The notes: generated by a model from the letters alone, not told the origin. Positions 12,701-26,099 are shown, numbered from the stretch's first letter. The stretch: 64,000 nucleotides of DNA from Oikopleura dioica (GCA_907165135.1 OU015569.1:7440001-7504000), one strand, 5' to 3'. Made by a program: numbers and translations.

Positions 12701-15700
12701 CAAGGGGAATGTCACCACATAAGCTCGTTATCTAGTAAAATATCCGCTGCTTAGTAGCAAATGCTCTTGAGATAGTGAGTACTCGTTCTTATCACACAAA
12801 CATCGCCATAGAGTCGTTCTTATCGCACTCGATTGCTTTATTTTTGATCCAGCGCATTTCGCAAATTTCCAACTGAAGGTCATGAATACTCTTAATTGGC
12901 TGCCGATTGGATAATTTATTGTATCCCACCTTGACCAAGGTTTAGACGTCGTAAAAGTCCATCCGATCTCTAGTTTGCGTGCACCCTCCTAAGGCGATGT
13001 CAAATCTCAAGGGCATTTTGATCAACACCTTGTCAGCATCTCTATAAATCCCCTTTGATAACTACAAGTCACCATATGGACACATAAATTCTATGCGAGC
13101 ATGGCTTATCGGGCCAGTTTCTTTTGTGGGGAGCGAAATTTATATCATTCCTTATGTCGTTTCCTACGTCTCTACAGTTATTGATAAAAGTTTATTAGGC
13201 CATCGAGGGCGAAGAGGTAGACCAGGTTTGTGATTTATTAAAAACCCCGCACGGTGCAAATTATTCATTTTAATTGATTACTTTACAATCGATTACGATT
13301 ACAAACTTGCATGTTCGAATATCTAGAGCTGTCTCTAGTAATTGGTGTCATTAGGTGGATTCTTTGAAGTCAAAAATCCCTTACAAATTTCTGATTCTAT
13401 TCTCAAATTCCTTTCAGGACCTCAAGGCCCGATTGGGGTTGATGGGAAACAAGGCGCTGCTGGGCCAGCTGGTCCACGCGGGCCAGTCGGTCCTCCTGGA
13501 CGCGACGGACTCTCTTCAAGCAACCGGCTCGCGGAACCGGCAATTATCGCGCCTAAAAAGGTAAAATTGGCCAAGTCAGCCGCAGGAATTCACTTTAAAT
13601 TTCTAGCCAATGAGTCTCAAAGACGATTCTGGCTGGGGCTTTGAAGAAGTGGCTGGTAACGTTGTTCTCCCGCGAATTACTGCATCCGGATTCAACAATG
13701 AGATGCCAACCGTTGACTGGAATCGATATGAAAAGCACATGAACGATGAACAGAACATTCGATACATCCCGGGTCCTCCCGGACCACCAGGACCTCCTGG
13801 AAAACCTGGTAAAAATGGAATGCAAGGTCTGCCTGGCCGAGATGGTGAACGCGGTCCTTTCGGTCATCGCGGCGCCCCTGGCCTTACTGGCTCCAAAGGA
13901 CAGAAGGGAGAAGCAGTAAGAGTGAGTAATCTTCAAACCGAATGATTTTTAATCGTGGCCGAGCACTATTGAAAGTGAGCATAAGGTGTGACACCCGAGC
14001 AATTGATCCAAAGAGGGTGGCTGAACTCGGCTGAGCCGATAAACGTCGCCTAAAGTCGGAGTGCGCTGGCTCCGTGCCGTGACTAGTCATTAAAGATTTG
14101 ATTAAAGGGATCGCTTCTAACCTCTATTTAGGATGCTGGTGGCGTCAAAGTAGTGACCGGTCCACCAGGCCCACCTGGAGCAAAGGTAAACCAAGGCAAA
14201 AGAAGTAGTGATTAAACGAATATTTAGGGTGAACGCGGAGAGCGAGGATTCGACGGAAATCCTGGACTAAATGGATTAAATGTAAGTGAAATAAAATATT
14301 CTTCTTGATATATTCTGGTGCCATATCCTCAAAACTAATTTCAATAGGGCAAAAAGGGAGAACGAGGATACCCAGGCATTCCTGGCAGGGGTATTCGCCA
14401 GCCATCAAATATTGTTTCGGTAAAGCATCCACTCTTCCACGTCTTGTGAAGAGTACCCCGTACATTTTGCCGGACTATGTATATTCAGTGGTGCAGTTGC
14501 CACGGATATTAGTTACATACATAATGTTTTCTCTATGTTTAAGGGTATAGTCATCGATTTTGGTCGGGTCTCCAATTTATAATCTGAACACATTTTTAGA
14601 ATCCCCATGAAATTCTGAGCAAAAACTCCTTATGATTATTATGGCTATCTTAACCCATTTGGCCGCAAATTGCGTTTGAAAGTGGCGAAATTTAGTGCAT
14701 TTTGACCATTAGCCGAATATTTTGAAATTTTGACCATTTTTAGGGGCTTTGTAAGGGTGCCATATGATACATTTTTAGAAAGCTTATATTCAGGGCATTT
14801 ATTTAGGACCACGTAAGGTAAATTCGGGCTATGCCCGCAGGGCATTTTATCAAAGTGAAAGGTCAAAATTTGGTACCTTGGTTCTTTTAAAAATTTTTCA
14901 AAGAAAATTCTATGATTACAGTATAAGGCTGTGTCATTTTTAAGATAAGGGTCTATATTTTAAGAAAAAAAGATAAAATCAATAGGTTTATATAGAAACT
15001 TTGGACTTATAACGCCTTGAAAAGAGGCTATTTTCGCGTTATTTGGCCGATAGCTCAACTTTGAGCGATCCGCAAACCATGATTTCCTTGGAAATAACGT
15101 AAAAGGCTGTGACAAAAGTGAGATCTAGGATAGATCTTTTAAATGACCTATTTTAGAGCCTCCCACATATTCCAAGTCCCGAGTTATAACCCCCTGAAAT
15201 CGACCAAATCGACGACTATACCCTTAAAAACTACTCACAGACTCGGTGCTAGAGATAAAACGGTGTGGCTGTTTGATAACATTTGTTTTCAGATGGCCGA
15301 CTTAGATGGTGATAAATTCAGAGGCAAAGAAGTTGTATTTGTAAGTTTTTATCTAGCCACATAGAACACATGTTAACTTGTTTTAGGTTCCTGGTCTTCA
15401 AGGACCTCCAGGTCGAGATGGAAAACCTGGTACCAAAGGTGAACGAGGATACACAGGTCTTCGCGGACCAACTGGAAACCCCGGACGAGCCGGAAGCGAC
15501 GGAGCACGTGGACCACCTGGACCGATTGGACTTACCGTAAGTATTTCTGAACTGAGTGTAGTCTCCCTATCATTCAATCCTCCGTAAAAATCACAGTCAT
15601 TTCTTTTTAATCATACTGCGAGAACAGTATACATTCATATAGTGAATCATATTAATTTTCATTCAATCAGGGCGAAGAAGGCAGAGCTGGTGCAATGGGA

Positions 15701-16117
15701 CTCCCTGGCATTCAAGGTCCAGCTGGGCCAATGGTAAGTTATTAACAAACTCATTGAAATTTGTAGTGTGCTAACTCTTAGTTTGATTAAAAAACGCTTA
15801 CTCACTGAATTATGAGATATTTAACTCTTTTTAGGGACCAAAAGGATCATCTGGAAAAGTTGGACCTGCAGGTCCAATGGGACCGAAAGGGCCAATGGGT
15901 CTTTCTGGAAGTCAGGGAGAACCTGGAGAGCGTGGAAGAAGGGTAAGTTTAAGTCTCTGATTTCAAGAAAAAACATCTCTTTAAGGGTAAACGCGGAAGA
16001 TCTGGTGCAAAGGGCGATCGAGGTGATCCCGGAGTTATTGGCTGGGATGGTCCTCAGGGGCCACCCGGTCCCCCTGGAAAGATACCCGATGGTTGTTGCA
16101 ACGCTAGACGTCCATAA
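9702..16117 (+). CDS. Type II transmembrane collagen with interrupted triple helices (MACIT, collagen XIII/XXIII/XXV-like)
   Basis: N-terminal TM ([17 protein letters not shown]) followed by a coiled coil; [14 protein letters not shown] exon near 11770; many small Gly-X-Y exons from 13200 to 16080; C-terminal [10 protein letters not shown]. Confidence 0.8.
14543..15223. mobile_element. Non-autonomous TIR element (MITE) in a collagen intron, Kolobok-like termini
   Basis: TIR GGGTATAGTC(A/G)TCGATTT(T)GGTCG at both ends; TTAA on both flanks (14539-14542 and 15224-15227); no transposase ORF. Confidence 0.8.
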
Positions 16118-16461
16118 AAAGCGAAAACGAACCGACCTCTACAATCCTTACTGCTCAACACAACTGCTCCGCCGAAAAATACTTTTCCGAAGACTCTTGC
16201 CAAATATCAACAGCCTGCCTCCTAGCATGAAGTCCTGACTACTTATTACAAAATAAGTAGCCAAAAATGTAAAGTGATCAAGTCACTCGGACGAGAGATC
16301 TTGCTCCAAACTGTTCCATTTTCTTTATTTTTCTATATAAAACAAACATATTAGTAATGTACAGTCATCTTCTGTAGTAAAACTCATAAACTATTGTAAA
16401 TACTTGTCGACGACCCTTTGAATAAAATAAATTTCAAAAAAAATTCTTGAATATATATTAC

Positions 16462-19400
16462 ATGTCGTCCCCCATGAATCATGGGCTATGATAGCAATTT
16501 TATTCCTTTCTAACAAAGCAGGATAAAGGCTTTATCATAAAGCAGCGTGGCAAGAGGGTGAAAAGTTGGAAGGAACACGTGAGCTGCTTCTTGAGATATA
16601 CTTTTGTATATTTCTGGATAATTCGAAATTTGAAAATGAGAAATGATGGGAAAATGACGACCTGGGCAAGAACCCTGGAATTGAGAAACCGCCGGAGATA
16701 TTGATTAGGATCCCGAAAGTAAAAGAAACCTTGCTTCGTCTTGAAAAATTTCCAACCAGATGCAAATGCAGTATTTTTTCTAGATCTTTACTGCTTCATT
16801 CTTTCAGTACAGGAAAGATTATTCGAATGAGATGGGATTCGGTTTGAAGAGATCGAGGAGGTGCATGAAAAAATTAGAGTAACTGCCTCTATCGCCGGAT
16901 AAGCTCGACGGCATGGCTGTGATGTTGCAATCACCGGGCGAAGTCCTATGCTGAGTCATCTCAAATAAGCCTAAATTTCATTTGTGCTTACGTTATTCAT
17001 GTTCAGCTGTCAACAAATCAGAATGCCGGATATTCTCGAAGCAATTTCCTCTCGCGCAAAGAGAAGCATTTCCTGGGCGACAACGAAGATCGCGGTCAGG
17101 GTATATTCTGTCTCTAGTTTCTTTTGTTGTTTTTCTTCCTTGAAGTCTTGCATGCAGAGAAACTTATTTACTTTATATTTCTTCAGACTTAGTGGTCGAT
17201 CGGACTCTTAAACATGTTCAAAAAGGACGAAAAAATGGCGACAGTGAAACTGTCGTCAGTAATTTGGCGCCGGTTTGAGGAAGAAACAGAAGGTATTGAA
17301 TGGAAAGGCACCCACAAAACAACAAAAGCTGAGAGGGAGAAACTTGGTGAGGACGTTACTTTATCTATCGCGTTAAGAGGTTTTTAGCGGACTTGTACGA
17401 ATACAAAGAGCATGTGATGTATGACGAAGACGAGCCGGAGAGATGGGCAGCGGGATCAGACCGCTACGACATAAAGGCAATCGTAGGAACGGGCTTAGCA
17501 ATCATTTTAGCGTGTTATTTTTTTCGTAAATATTGATTGCGAAGCCTTTTAAAGTTGGTGTGAGTCCACATGCGGGAATCACTCGTACAGATGAGCGTCT
17601 AGCCGACAAGCATATCAACTTGATCCCTTCATTCGATTTTATCTACGAGTGTCCGCTGGTCCGTGATTTCTGTAACAGCCACAACTACGATCGAAAAGTT
17701 GCCCGCGATTTTCTGCGCATCAGCTTCGACCACCGCATTCCAGACGTTGCTGTTCAGCGAATTCTCACTGAAGGAATTCTCTGTAGAGATCCTCACAACA
17801 GGAACGAAATATGTCTCTACCGCTTTTTCGCGTACACTCCATCTCAAAGTCGCCAGCGCAGTTGCACCTTGGTCAACTATGATGCCCATTTTTGGAGAAG
17901 CTCAAAGCTCGAGGGCGTTGAGGGATACGCCGACTTTAAAGCGCGGCTCGATGCTACTGACGACATAGAAGACAAACTTGAAAGAGTTGATGAACGAAGA
18001 CGCATCATAAAAGACGGCGTTAAACTTGTCTGGAAATATTTTGGCAATTTCGACAAAATTAGCATCGTAGCCAAGTACGCCGCTCGGGTTGGGCTGCTTA
18101 TGTCACCGACTAGATGCTGTGTTTCGATTCCGGACTCGAAATGGACGAGAGAAAGAGATATCTTGGGCGGACCTGGCAATCGCTACGAGTTTACGGACGG
18201 TTGCGGACGAATGTCAGCTCATTTAGCGCAATTATTCGTAGACAAGCTAAACATTCAATACCGATACAATCATCAAAGATATAAGATTCCGTCCGTGCTA
18301 CAATTTCGAATGATGGGCTGCAAAGGCATCCTTGTGCATGACCCCGCTCTTGATGAAAAGGGCCAGCCTTGGGTAGTATTGAGGGACTCGCAGTGGAAAT
18401 TTGATTGGAACATGGAAACCTGCAAATTTGGCGAGTTCTCCGAAGCCGGTGAGCCTTGCCGAGTCATCGGAACGTGCACTAATGGCGAGTCGCGCCCCTT
18501 CTCGTTTGGAAAGCTCAACAAGCAGTACGTGGTTTTGCTCGACGCGTTGGGAATTGAAACCACAACATTCATGGAAATCCAGAAATTACACTTTGAGCGA
18601 CTCCGCTCTTGTCTTGATGATAGACAGGCTGCCTTCGAAATCCTCACAGCTCAGAACAAAATGGAGGAAGCTGACATGATGACCGATTTGGATGTTCAAC
18701 AGGCGTTGCCAAATGAATGCGACAGCCTTCTCAGGAAGTTTCGTAGGCCTGTATTCGACCTACCTTCCGCGAAACCTGATCAAACTGAGGAGAAAAACAT
18801 TGCGAATTCCGCATTTTACATCCCTGTTGCCAAGTCAAGAAATATCTACGGCGTCGCGGATTATACTGGCAAACTGAAAAGAGGCGAATGCTTCGTCCAA
18901 GTGACCGATCTTCATCGTATGTTACTTAGATTAGATGAAAAATAAATATATTTACTTTAAGCCGAAGCTGGTGAAGCTTTCAGCAACAAAAAGTGTACAT
19001 CCTATAATGACCTGACAGTTGTTCCGTTGAGAGATGGAATGGAAGTGCTCGTTAACAAATGTCCGACTTATTTCGCTGGCGATTTTCGAATTTTAACAAA
19101 CCGCTATATTCCTGAGCTTTCACATTTAATCGACGTTATTGTTTTTCCTGTTGCCGGTGATCATGCACCAGGATTAGAGCGCCCACATCCACATGAAATG
19201 CACGAAAGGTAACCTTGATTGGTAAAATCTTTTTTATCTCGATTCTAGTGACCTGGACGGGGATGAATATTTCGTGTGCTGGGATGAAGACCTTATACCT
19301 CTCGCAACAATGGACCCTCATCCACCCCCGACTAAATCCATCATTAAAAACGATGTCGAGATAACACTTGATGACCTTGTGAAAGAATTCTCTCACGTTG

Positions 19401-21018
19401 ATCATTTGGTCGGCCAGATCAACAACCTTTTTATGAAATGGGCGGATTTAAAAGGAGCGCTCTCTGATGAATGCCAACAACTAGCAATTATGTTCAATCA
19501 ATCAGTAGACCAGGCAAAACACGGAGGATCAGTGGATGTTAGCGACCACTTGCGAGTAAGCATTAAAGCTTTTGAAAATTGATGGCTCAACTTATTATAA
19601 ATTTTAGTCTTGTCGCGACAAGGAATCAGAAAACCCCAGGATTCAATCGTTAATGGTAGCCGAAATAAAAAAGCAGCCATTCAAGGCGACTTTGGAGCAA
19701 ATGCAGAGATACCGCAACTTGAACAGTGGGCATCGAAGAATACATGAGAATGCGAGGTACTATTTCGTTGATGTCAACAGCGGGCAAAAGCTGTCAGATG
19801 TTCTACGGTTCGAAAAGAACACCGACGGAGTTTATGTTCCCACAAGCGAAAAGAAACTGGTAAGACATTATAGAAATTCCTTTGAATTTTCGCTTATATC
19901 TAGTACAATTTCCATGCTATGGTAAAATTCGATTTCTGGAGTGACAAAGATCCGAGCATGGTTGATCACTTCTCATCATTGTATAAAAGGCAGCTAGAAT
20001 GGCATACTATCAATCACGACCAGCTATCTAAGCAAAAGCTTAAAAAATTGAAGAAGCTGAAGAAAAAAGGCAGACACTCTTCTCACCTAAAACTACCGCT
20101 AAGATCTTCTGACCTCCATCTGCTCGTCTATCAAGAGATCAATGGAAGAAAACAAGTTCTCGCTTTAGCGGAAATAATTTCCCCTAAAACTGAATGTCTC
20201 GAGGGAAGGGTTGAAGATGGAACCGGCATTTACTAAAAATATATTTTCGCTTGGTTTCTCTTTCATCCTGGCTTAGGAATTTCCAGTGCTAGATTTTGAA
20301 CACGAAAAGGTGCTTTACGTCGATTGGCTTTACGTTGGCGAGGTTGAAATACCTCCTCATCTCGTGGAGCTTTACGGACACTACAAAGTTGATGAAAACG
20401 ACCAACTTTACAAGGACTTAACGTTCGGTCATGGCGAAGAGGTTCCAGGCTCAATAGGCGACGCAATTTTCAAGCAATATCGACGTGAAGCTAAACAGTA
20501 CAACCTCGATTACGAATACGGTGATTCCCGCGAATTGATTCCGTAAGTTTCTATGTTTTTTTATTCTAGAACGCCCGTGAGTTAATATTTTTTCACTCAT
20601 TTTAGTTGAGCGATTTTATTTAAAAGATAAAGACCAACGTTATTTTAGGCGACCAGAAGATCGTTTCGTCGGAGTCGACTACGTGTACAGACAATGGCCT
20701 CAGAACGAGAGAGTAGTCCATGCAGGCATCAATTCAGTAAAAAAGAAAGCGAGAGACGACAAAAAAGTCGGCGATGCAATTAAACAGAAGAGCAAAGCCA
20801 ACGACAACGACGTAATCAATAACAACAACAACAACAACAACGTGAAATACATGGGCGTTCTTACTGCCAAGAAAGACAACATACCTAAAAAATGCAAAAA
20901 CATTAAAGCGAAAACGATGAAGAAAAAGGCCAAACCCAAGAAGAAAATAAAGAACAGTAGTTACAGTAGCCTGTATACTGACAGTAGCTACTCCTCCCCT
21001 CGACCTCGATATTTTTAA
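16462..21018 (+). CDS. Cellular (RNAi-type) RNA-dependent RNA polymerase, multi-exon; 5' end uncertain
   Basis: KYAARVGLLMS, FTDGCGRMS, PSVLQFRMMGCKG, YGVADYTGKLKRGECFV, KCPTYFAGD, DVIVFP; spliced catalytic HES-DLDGD-EYFVCWD near 19249-19280; downstream VGQINN...AD...C..LA...SVDQAKHG. Confidence 0.92.
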
Positions 21019-21322
21019 AAATCTAAAAGCTGCCAAAAACAAGGTTACCTTCACTGAATTGTATTGTCAACTGCCTCCCCCATTAAAATGATTTAATATT
21101 TTTTTTTATTTTTCACAATTTCCCGTTTTGCACTTTCTTTTCACAGTTTAATCGCCACCTTGTATATATCTGTATTTTTGGCTTAATCCCATCTCACGCC
21201 TAGACTTGGGGCCTCCGGAGGTGTTGGTAAAGCTGCTGTCCTCAGACTTAATAATGCTAATCAGATCAAATTTAAAATCAAACCAAGGGATAGTTACTCA
21301 GCTAAATTACATTTTCTTAGAC

Positions 21323-24300
21323 ATGGAAGAAGACTTACGAAGGTCTTCATCTAGGCGCCGTCTGTCGGAAACAAGTAATAGTTCTCTTTCGGATGGACTC
21401 GACGAGTGGGGATGCCCTTACGGTATATTGAAAGCAAGGCCGTCATCGAAGTGAGTCAAGTTATTTTCTGCATTTCGCTAACTAAAGTTCTAGAGCGCAA
21501 AGAAAGGAAGATCGAAGACAGCGAAGAGAACGCAACAAAAGCCATTTGCCGATGCGAGCAATAGACCCCACTGACGATGAGTTAAACGTCTTCGACGACG
21601 AAAGCTCTGACGACGACGATGAAGTGTTTGAAGCATTTGGCAAAGGGTAAAATTTTAAAATTCTTTGAGAGTATTACAAAAATTTCAGGGAAGAGGAAGC
21701 TGAGAAACATCATGATAAAATAAAATCAGATGACGAGAAGCCTGACAATTTACCATCAAGGGAATCTACCACACTGTAAGTAAAATAGCTTCTAAACTTT
21801 CAAAAATATCGTTCAATAGCGCTGAAGTCTCGAAAAAGCCCACTTATAAGTTGTCAGAAATGCCAACCATCGAAAAATTAGAGAAGCCCACTGTCGAAGA
21901 GATTTTTTGGGAGTCCACTGATGGCAAAAGGTGGTCTCTATAATTTTTAAATTTTTCTATTGTAAAAATTTGAAGGGGCTCTCTTGATCAGAAAAAGGTG
22001 ACGATGGAAAGTCAATCGGAGACAGATGAGAACGTCTGTCAACGAAATGTGCAATTCAATCCCTTCGAGGGTGAGTCTGACGAATTTAAACGGACCAAGC
22101 GGGTGATTACACGTAACAATGGATTCGTCTCTCTGCAACCAACATCCACTTATCACATCGATAGCTCAGCTGTACCCTATCAAGAGAACATGGGCTGGTG
22201 CTACCAACAAAGAAGTGACTGGGGGTACAACCAAGCATACGAATATCACCAATCTCGACCGTCTCGACCATATTACTCGTCTTACAGGCCTGCTGGGCCT
22301 ACGAATTTTAAGATGAACTCTAACCCAATGGACTGCCTTGATGATGATTCTGACTCTCCGCCGAATACTCCAGTTCTGCGCAAGATCACCATGAAAAACC
22401 CGTCGGCTTGGAGGAAAAGTCTTACTGTATCAGTAGTACAGAAAGATAAGAACGATAATTCCATCCAAACGAACGAGGAGGAAATTAATGAAAAAGATGT
22501 TACCAAAACCAAGCCTGATATCTGCGCCGTCGAGCCATCGCTAAAGAAAGAAGTTTCGGGATCTTCGGAGAACAAGGCGATCGATCTAGACTCGTCTTCA
22601 GGCAAAAATTTCAGTAACACAAGCCCAGGAATCGTCTCTGTAGAGAGGTTTAATTGGCAAAGCTTACTTTCGTTACCGTTTTTTAGTCAAGAGACTCCGG
22701 AAGTCTCCAAAGAAGAAAGCGCTGAAGTTTCCAAAGTTTTGCAAGCGAGCGTCTCTTCGGATGAGAGTTCAAGTGATGAAAGTGAAATGAATCGCCAGTT
22801 CCAAGCGATTCTAATGATCGCACAACAGAAACAGAAAAAGTTCAAACAGCAGAAGGCAATTTCAGATGATTTCGACTGTGCAGCCTCATCAGATCACGAC
22901 TCAGCATTTTCAGTTGAATCATACGAAGACCCGAATGATGGCGAGTGGGTCGAGCCTCCGAGCTATGAAAGTAATCAGCGGCGACCTAAAATAGAAGACA
23001 TACAACAGCCCATCTCTGGTGGACAATTCTCATTAGATCAGGAGAAGATGATTGTTTCGACCCTTTTTGCTCTTCAGCGGTCAGCAACAGCTAGTCAAAT
23101 CGTCAATATGATGAAAAAACTGAGTGGAGTGGTAAGTTCTAATTCTATATCTATATATTATTATAATATATTTAAATTATATATACCATCCTTAATATAT
23201 CATTATTCCTTAAAAAATCTTAAGGATCTTGGTACGACGAAAGAGGTCGATCAAAAACTTAGTGAGTCAAGGACGATCGTCAAGAGCAACGTATGTATGT
23301 ACCCCGTTTCCCATTAAAAAAGTATTTAAGGGTACCAATGCGAAAGGTGAGACCATTTGGACCTCGGTCACTAAGAAGGATACCGCCCACATCGATAGAT
23401 TGTTGGACCAGGAGAATTCGCGAAAGAAAAAGAAATTTTCTAAGAACAAAAAAGTTTGGGGAGAATGCTTCAATGACTTCTCCCTTCAAACTCTTCATGA
23501 GGTTAGCACTTCTTACTGTTTATTATTGATTAAACCTGAAGGTTAAGACGGAAACAAACCCGGAGAGGAGGAAGTTCACGACTTCTTTGAAAAACTCCGA
23601 ATCTACCCGGGATACAAGAAATGCTGGTCAATCAAACTTTCCACTGTGGCTTGGCCCATATGTTTGCGATCGCATGGAAACTAGTGCTTCTCCGCCAGCA
23701 GAGAAAGTGGAAAAACCTGACGCATTTGATGATTTATGGATAAAACCAAAATTATCAAAGAAGCAAAATGCTGCCCACAAAAAAGCTCAGAAGAAAGCAT
23801 ACGGTATGATATCAATTATTTTTCTTCCGTTTCTAAAAAAAGTAGAAGTTAACTTCGATGCGCAGCTTCGCGATGCGAAAGAAGCATTGCGTCGAAGAAT
23901 GACGAGCGAAAAGAGCTCTCAAAGCGATCAAGAGCATGGCACAAAAACTTTTGGAAAAAAAGAAAAACGAACGACAGAAATGACGAATCATATTTCGACA
24001 GTTAATGGTTCGCGAAGTTCGGAGATGAAGAGTTGTAGCGTGGTCTCGCCGAAGACAACGAGGAAATTCCCAGTAAGATCCTCCGACGAAGAAGATTGCG
24101 GAAGACCAGAGAGGTTTCCTAAGAATGAAAAGAGCGAGCGATACTACAGGTCGACATGGAATTTAGCAAAGCATGAGGCTGGATCGAGAACAAAGCTTTT
24201 TGATATAAAGCGACATTTGATGTCAAATAGTCTGGACGACGCAAATCGCAAACCTCAACCAACGAATACACAGAAAAAGAATCAGCAGCTCTCTACGTCA

Positions 24301-24654
24301 CGCTTTAGTGCAGAAAACGACATTCCAGAAAAAAAGCCCAAGCCCAGTCGCGGCATTCGTCATCTGAATAGTCTTCAAAATATGGCGCTTGACTTTGACG
24401 AGGACTGGGACCTAGTTACGACTGGTCAATCGAGTGGACCGTTGCTTTCTGAAGATAAAACGAAAAAGCCCTGGGACATTGGTGACGACTTAAAGAACCT
24501 TTATCGAGACGTCATAAGTGGTAAAAATATTCCTCGACCCAGTTCTGACGTCAGTAAGGACAGTAACAAGGAAAACCTTTCCCAATCACATCTAAATACT
24601 ATTGCATCATCAGCCAAGCGAATCGATGAGGCATATGCGAAAGCTTTGCAGTAG
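21323..24654 (+). CDS. Large Ser/Asp/Lys-rich low-complexity protein, multi-exon, with a possible winged-helix domain near 23040-23365
   Basis: Long ORFs 21998-23317 and 23587-24654 joined by short GT-AG introns; no recognised family. Confidence 0.6.
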
Positions 24655-24873
24655 GGTGGGTCACTTTCAGGGTTGGTCTTTCGATTTCGCTTTTTGTTTG
24701 TTAGATGCTTATTCTGACCCAAATAAAGAACTTTTCACCGAAAACTGATCAAAAAAAATTTTTCATCCCTCTTTTTTGAAAAAAATTTTGTCGAAAAACC
24801 GGTTTTTCTAGAATAACACCGGAAGCCGCTTACAGTACACGTGATCTTACTGTATCATCATGAAGAACTCGTT

Positions 24874-24932
24874 AGTAGTATTATCCTTTTCGTTATGCGC
24901 GTTCGCACTATTCTTCGGAAAACAAACATTGC
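24874..24932 (+). repeat. Left terminal inverted repeat of the Maverick
   Basis: agtagtattatccttttcgttatgcgcgttcgcactattcttcggaaaacaaacattgc is the reverse complement of 57746-57804 with 4 mismatches. Confidence 0.95.
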
Positions 24933-25007
24933 TCGCGCGCATTCAATTTAAGTCGCACCTCTGCAAGAATGTGTTTGTATACTGATTTTACTCCCATGTT
25001 TCTCAAT

Positions 25008-25140
25008 ATGCTGAGTGCGCTACTCTGCTGAGCGCGTCGCTCTGCTGAGCGCGTGCATGTAAGCTCAGAATATTCAAGCGCTACGCAAGAGGCGCGCGCT
25101 TAGCATGGGCACGCGCTCAGCATGGGCACACGCTCTGCAT
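25008..25140. repeat. Subterminal array: three TGCTGAG(C/T)GCG-like units followed by three inverted units
   Basis: tgctgagtgcgc / tgctgagcgcgt / tgctgagcgcgt, then gcgcttagca / gcgctcagca / acgctctgca. Confidence 0.7.
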
Positions 25141-26099
25141 TAAAGTGCGGCTTATTTCACAGAAGATTTTTTTAGATGATCGTCTCAGAATTTATTTGAC
25201 CCCTAACCTAAATTCAATAGAATCAACTTTGAGAAATAGGTCTTTCAAATTTAAGCAGCCTAGAAAAAATAACGGCGCTGTTTTATTGAGAAATTTTCCC
25301 TTATAAACAAATCCAACTTGCGATTTCAATCACACTAAAAATATGAAAAAAAATAAAAACTGATTAGAAGACAGATCCATTATCGCCAATTACAATGAAG
25401 CCACGACTTCAAGATCACGACAAGAAATATTTTAAATGATTAAATGAATCGTAATCCTCTGCAATTTCACGATCATGGTCCGGCATTTATCAAAACTAAA
25501 TGATAAAACTTATCAAACTTAATGATAAAATGAATCGAAATCCTGAAGAACTTGAACTTGTTAATCGGCATCATTGTCCGGCATCTTAAATTAGAAACGA
25601 AGTACTCGATAAAATCAATCAAAGTTTCCCTATTATTTTTTAAATAAAATGAATCGAAATCTTCAACAGTCTCTTTAAAAGTGATTAAATGAATCAAATT
25701 TTTCTGCGTGTTTATGATCAAGCAAGTTTTTTTGCACGATTTGATCAATCATTTTTTTATTCATAAAATGAACCAGTAAAATGAAAACTCGGATGATAGC
25801 CTTTCAGGTTTAATCATTTTAAAATTTTCTAAAATTCCTTATATGGTTCATAAAATGTCAAAACTTTATATTTTATTTTCTACTGAAATTTCTTCCTTCC
25901 ACTAACATATTGTTAAAAATTGTTTCCATCTATGAAATTATACTGCAATAAAATAATTACCATCAAGATTGTATTTGTTAATATGCACGCATGAAAACTA
26001 GTAAAAACCTCAGCCAAAAAAAAGTGTCAAAAATAACACTTTTTAAGCGAAGAAAAGTTTCTTTTTTTTTTAATTCTTGATATCATTCCATTCCGTAAA

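Noticed and set aside
17533-19560. RdRP as a viral or Maverick cargo gene
   Set aside because: It is the cellular DxDGD double-psi-barrel type, not a viral GDD palm polymerase, and it lies outside the left TIR. Proximity to the Maverick may be chance.
20815-20842. (AAC)n microsatellite
   Set aside because: Simple poly-Asn coding tract; unremarkable.
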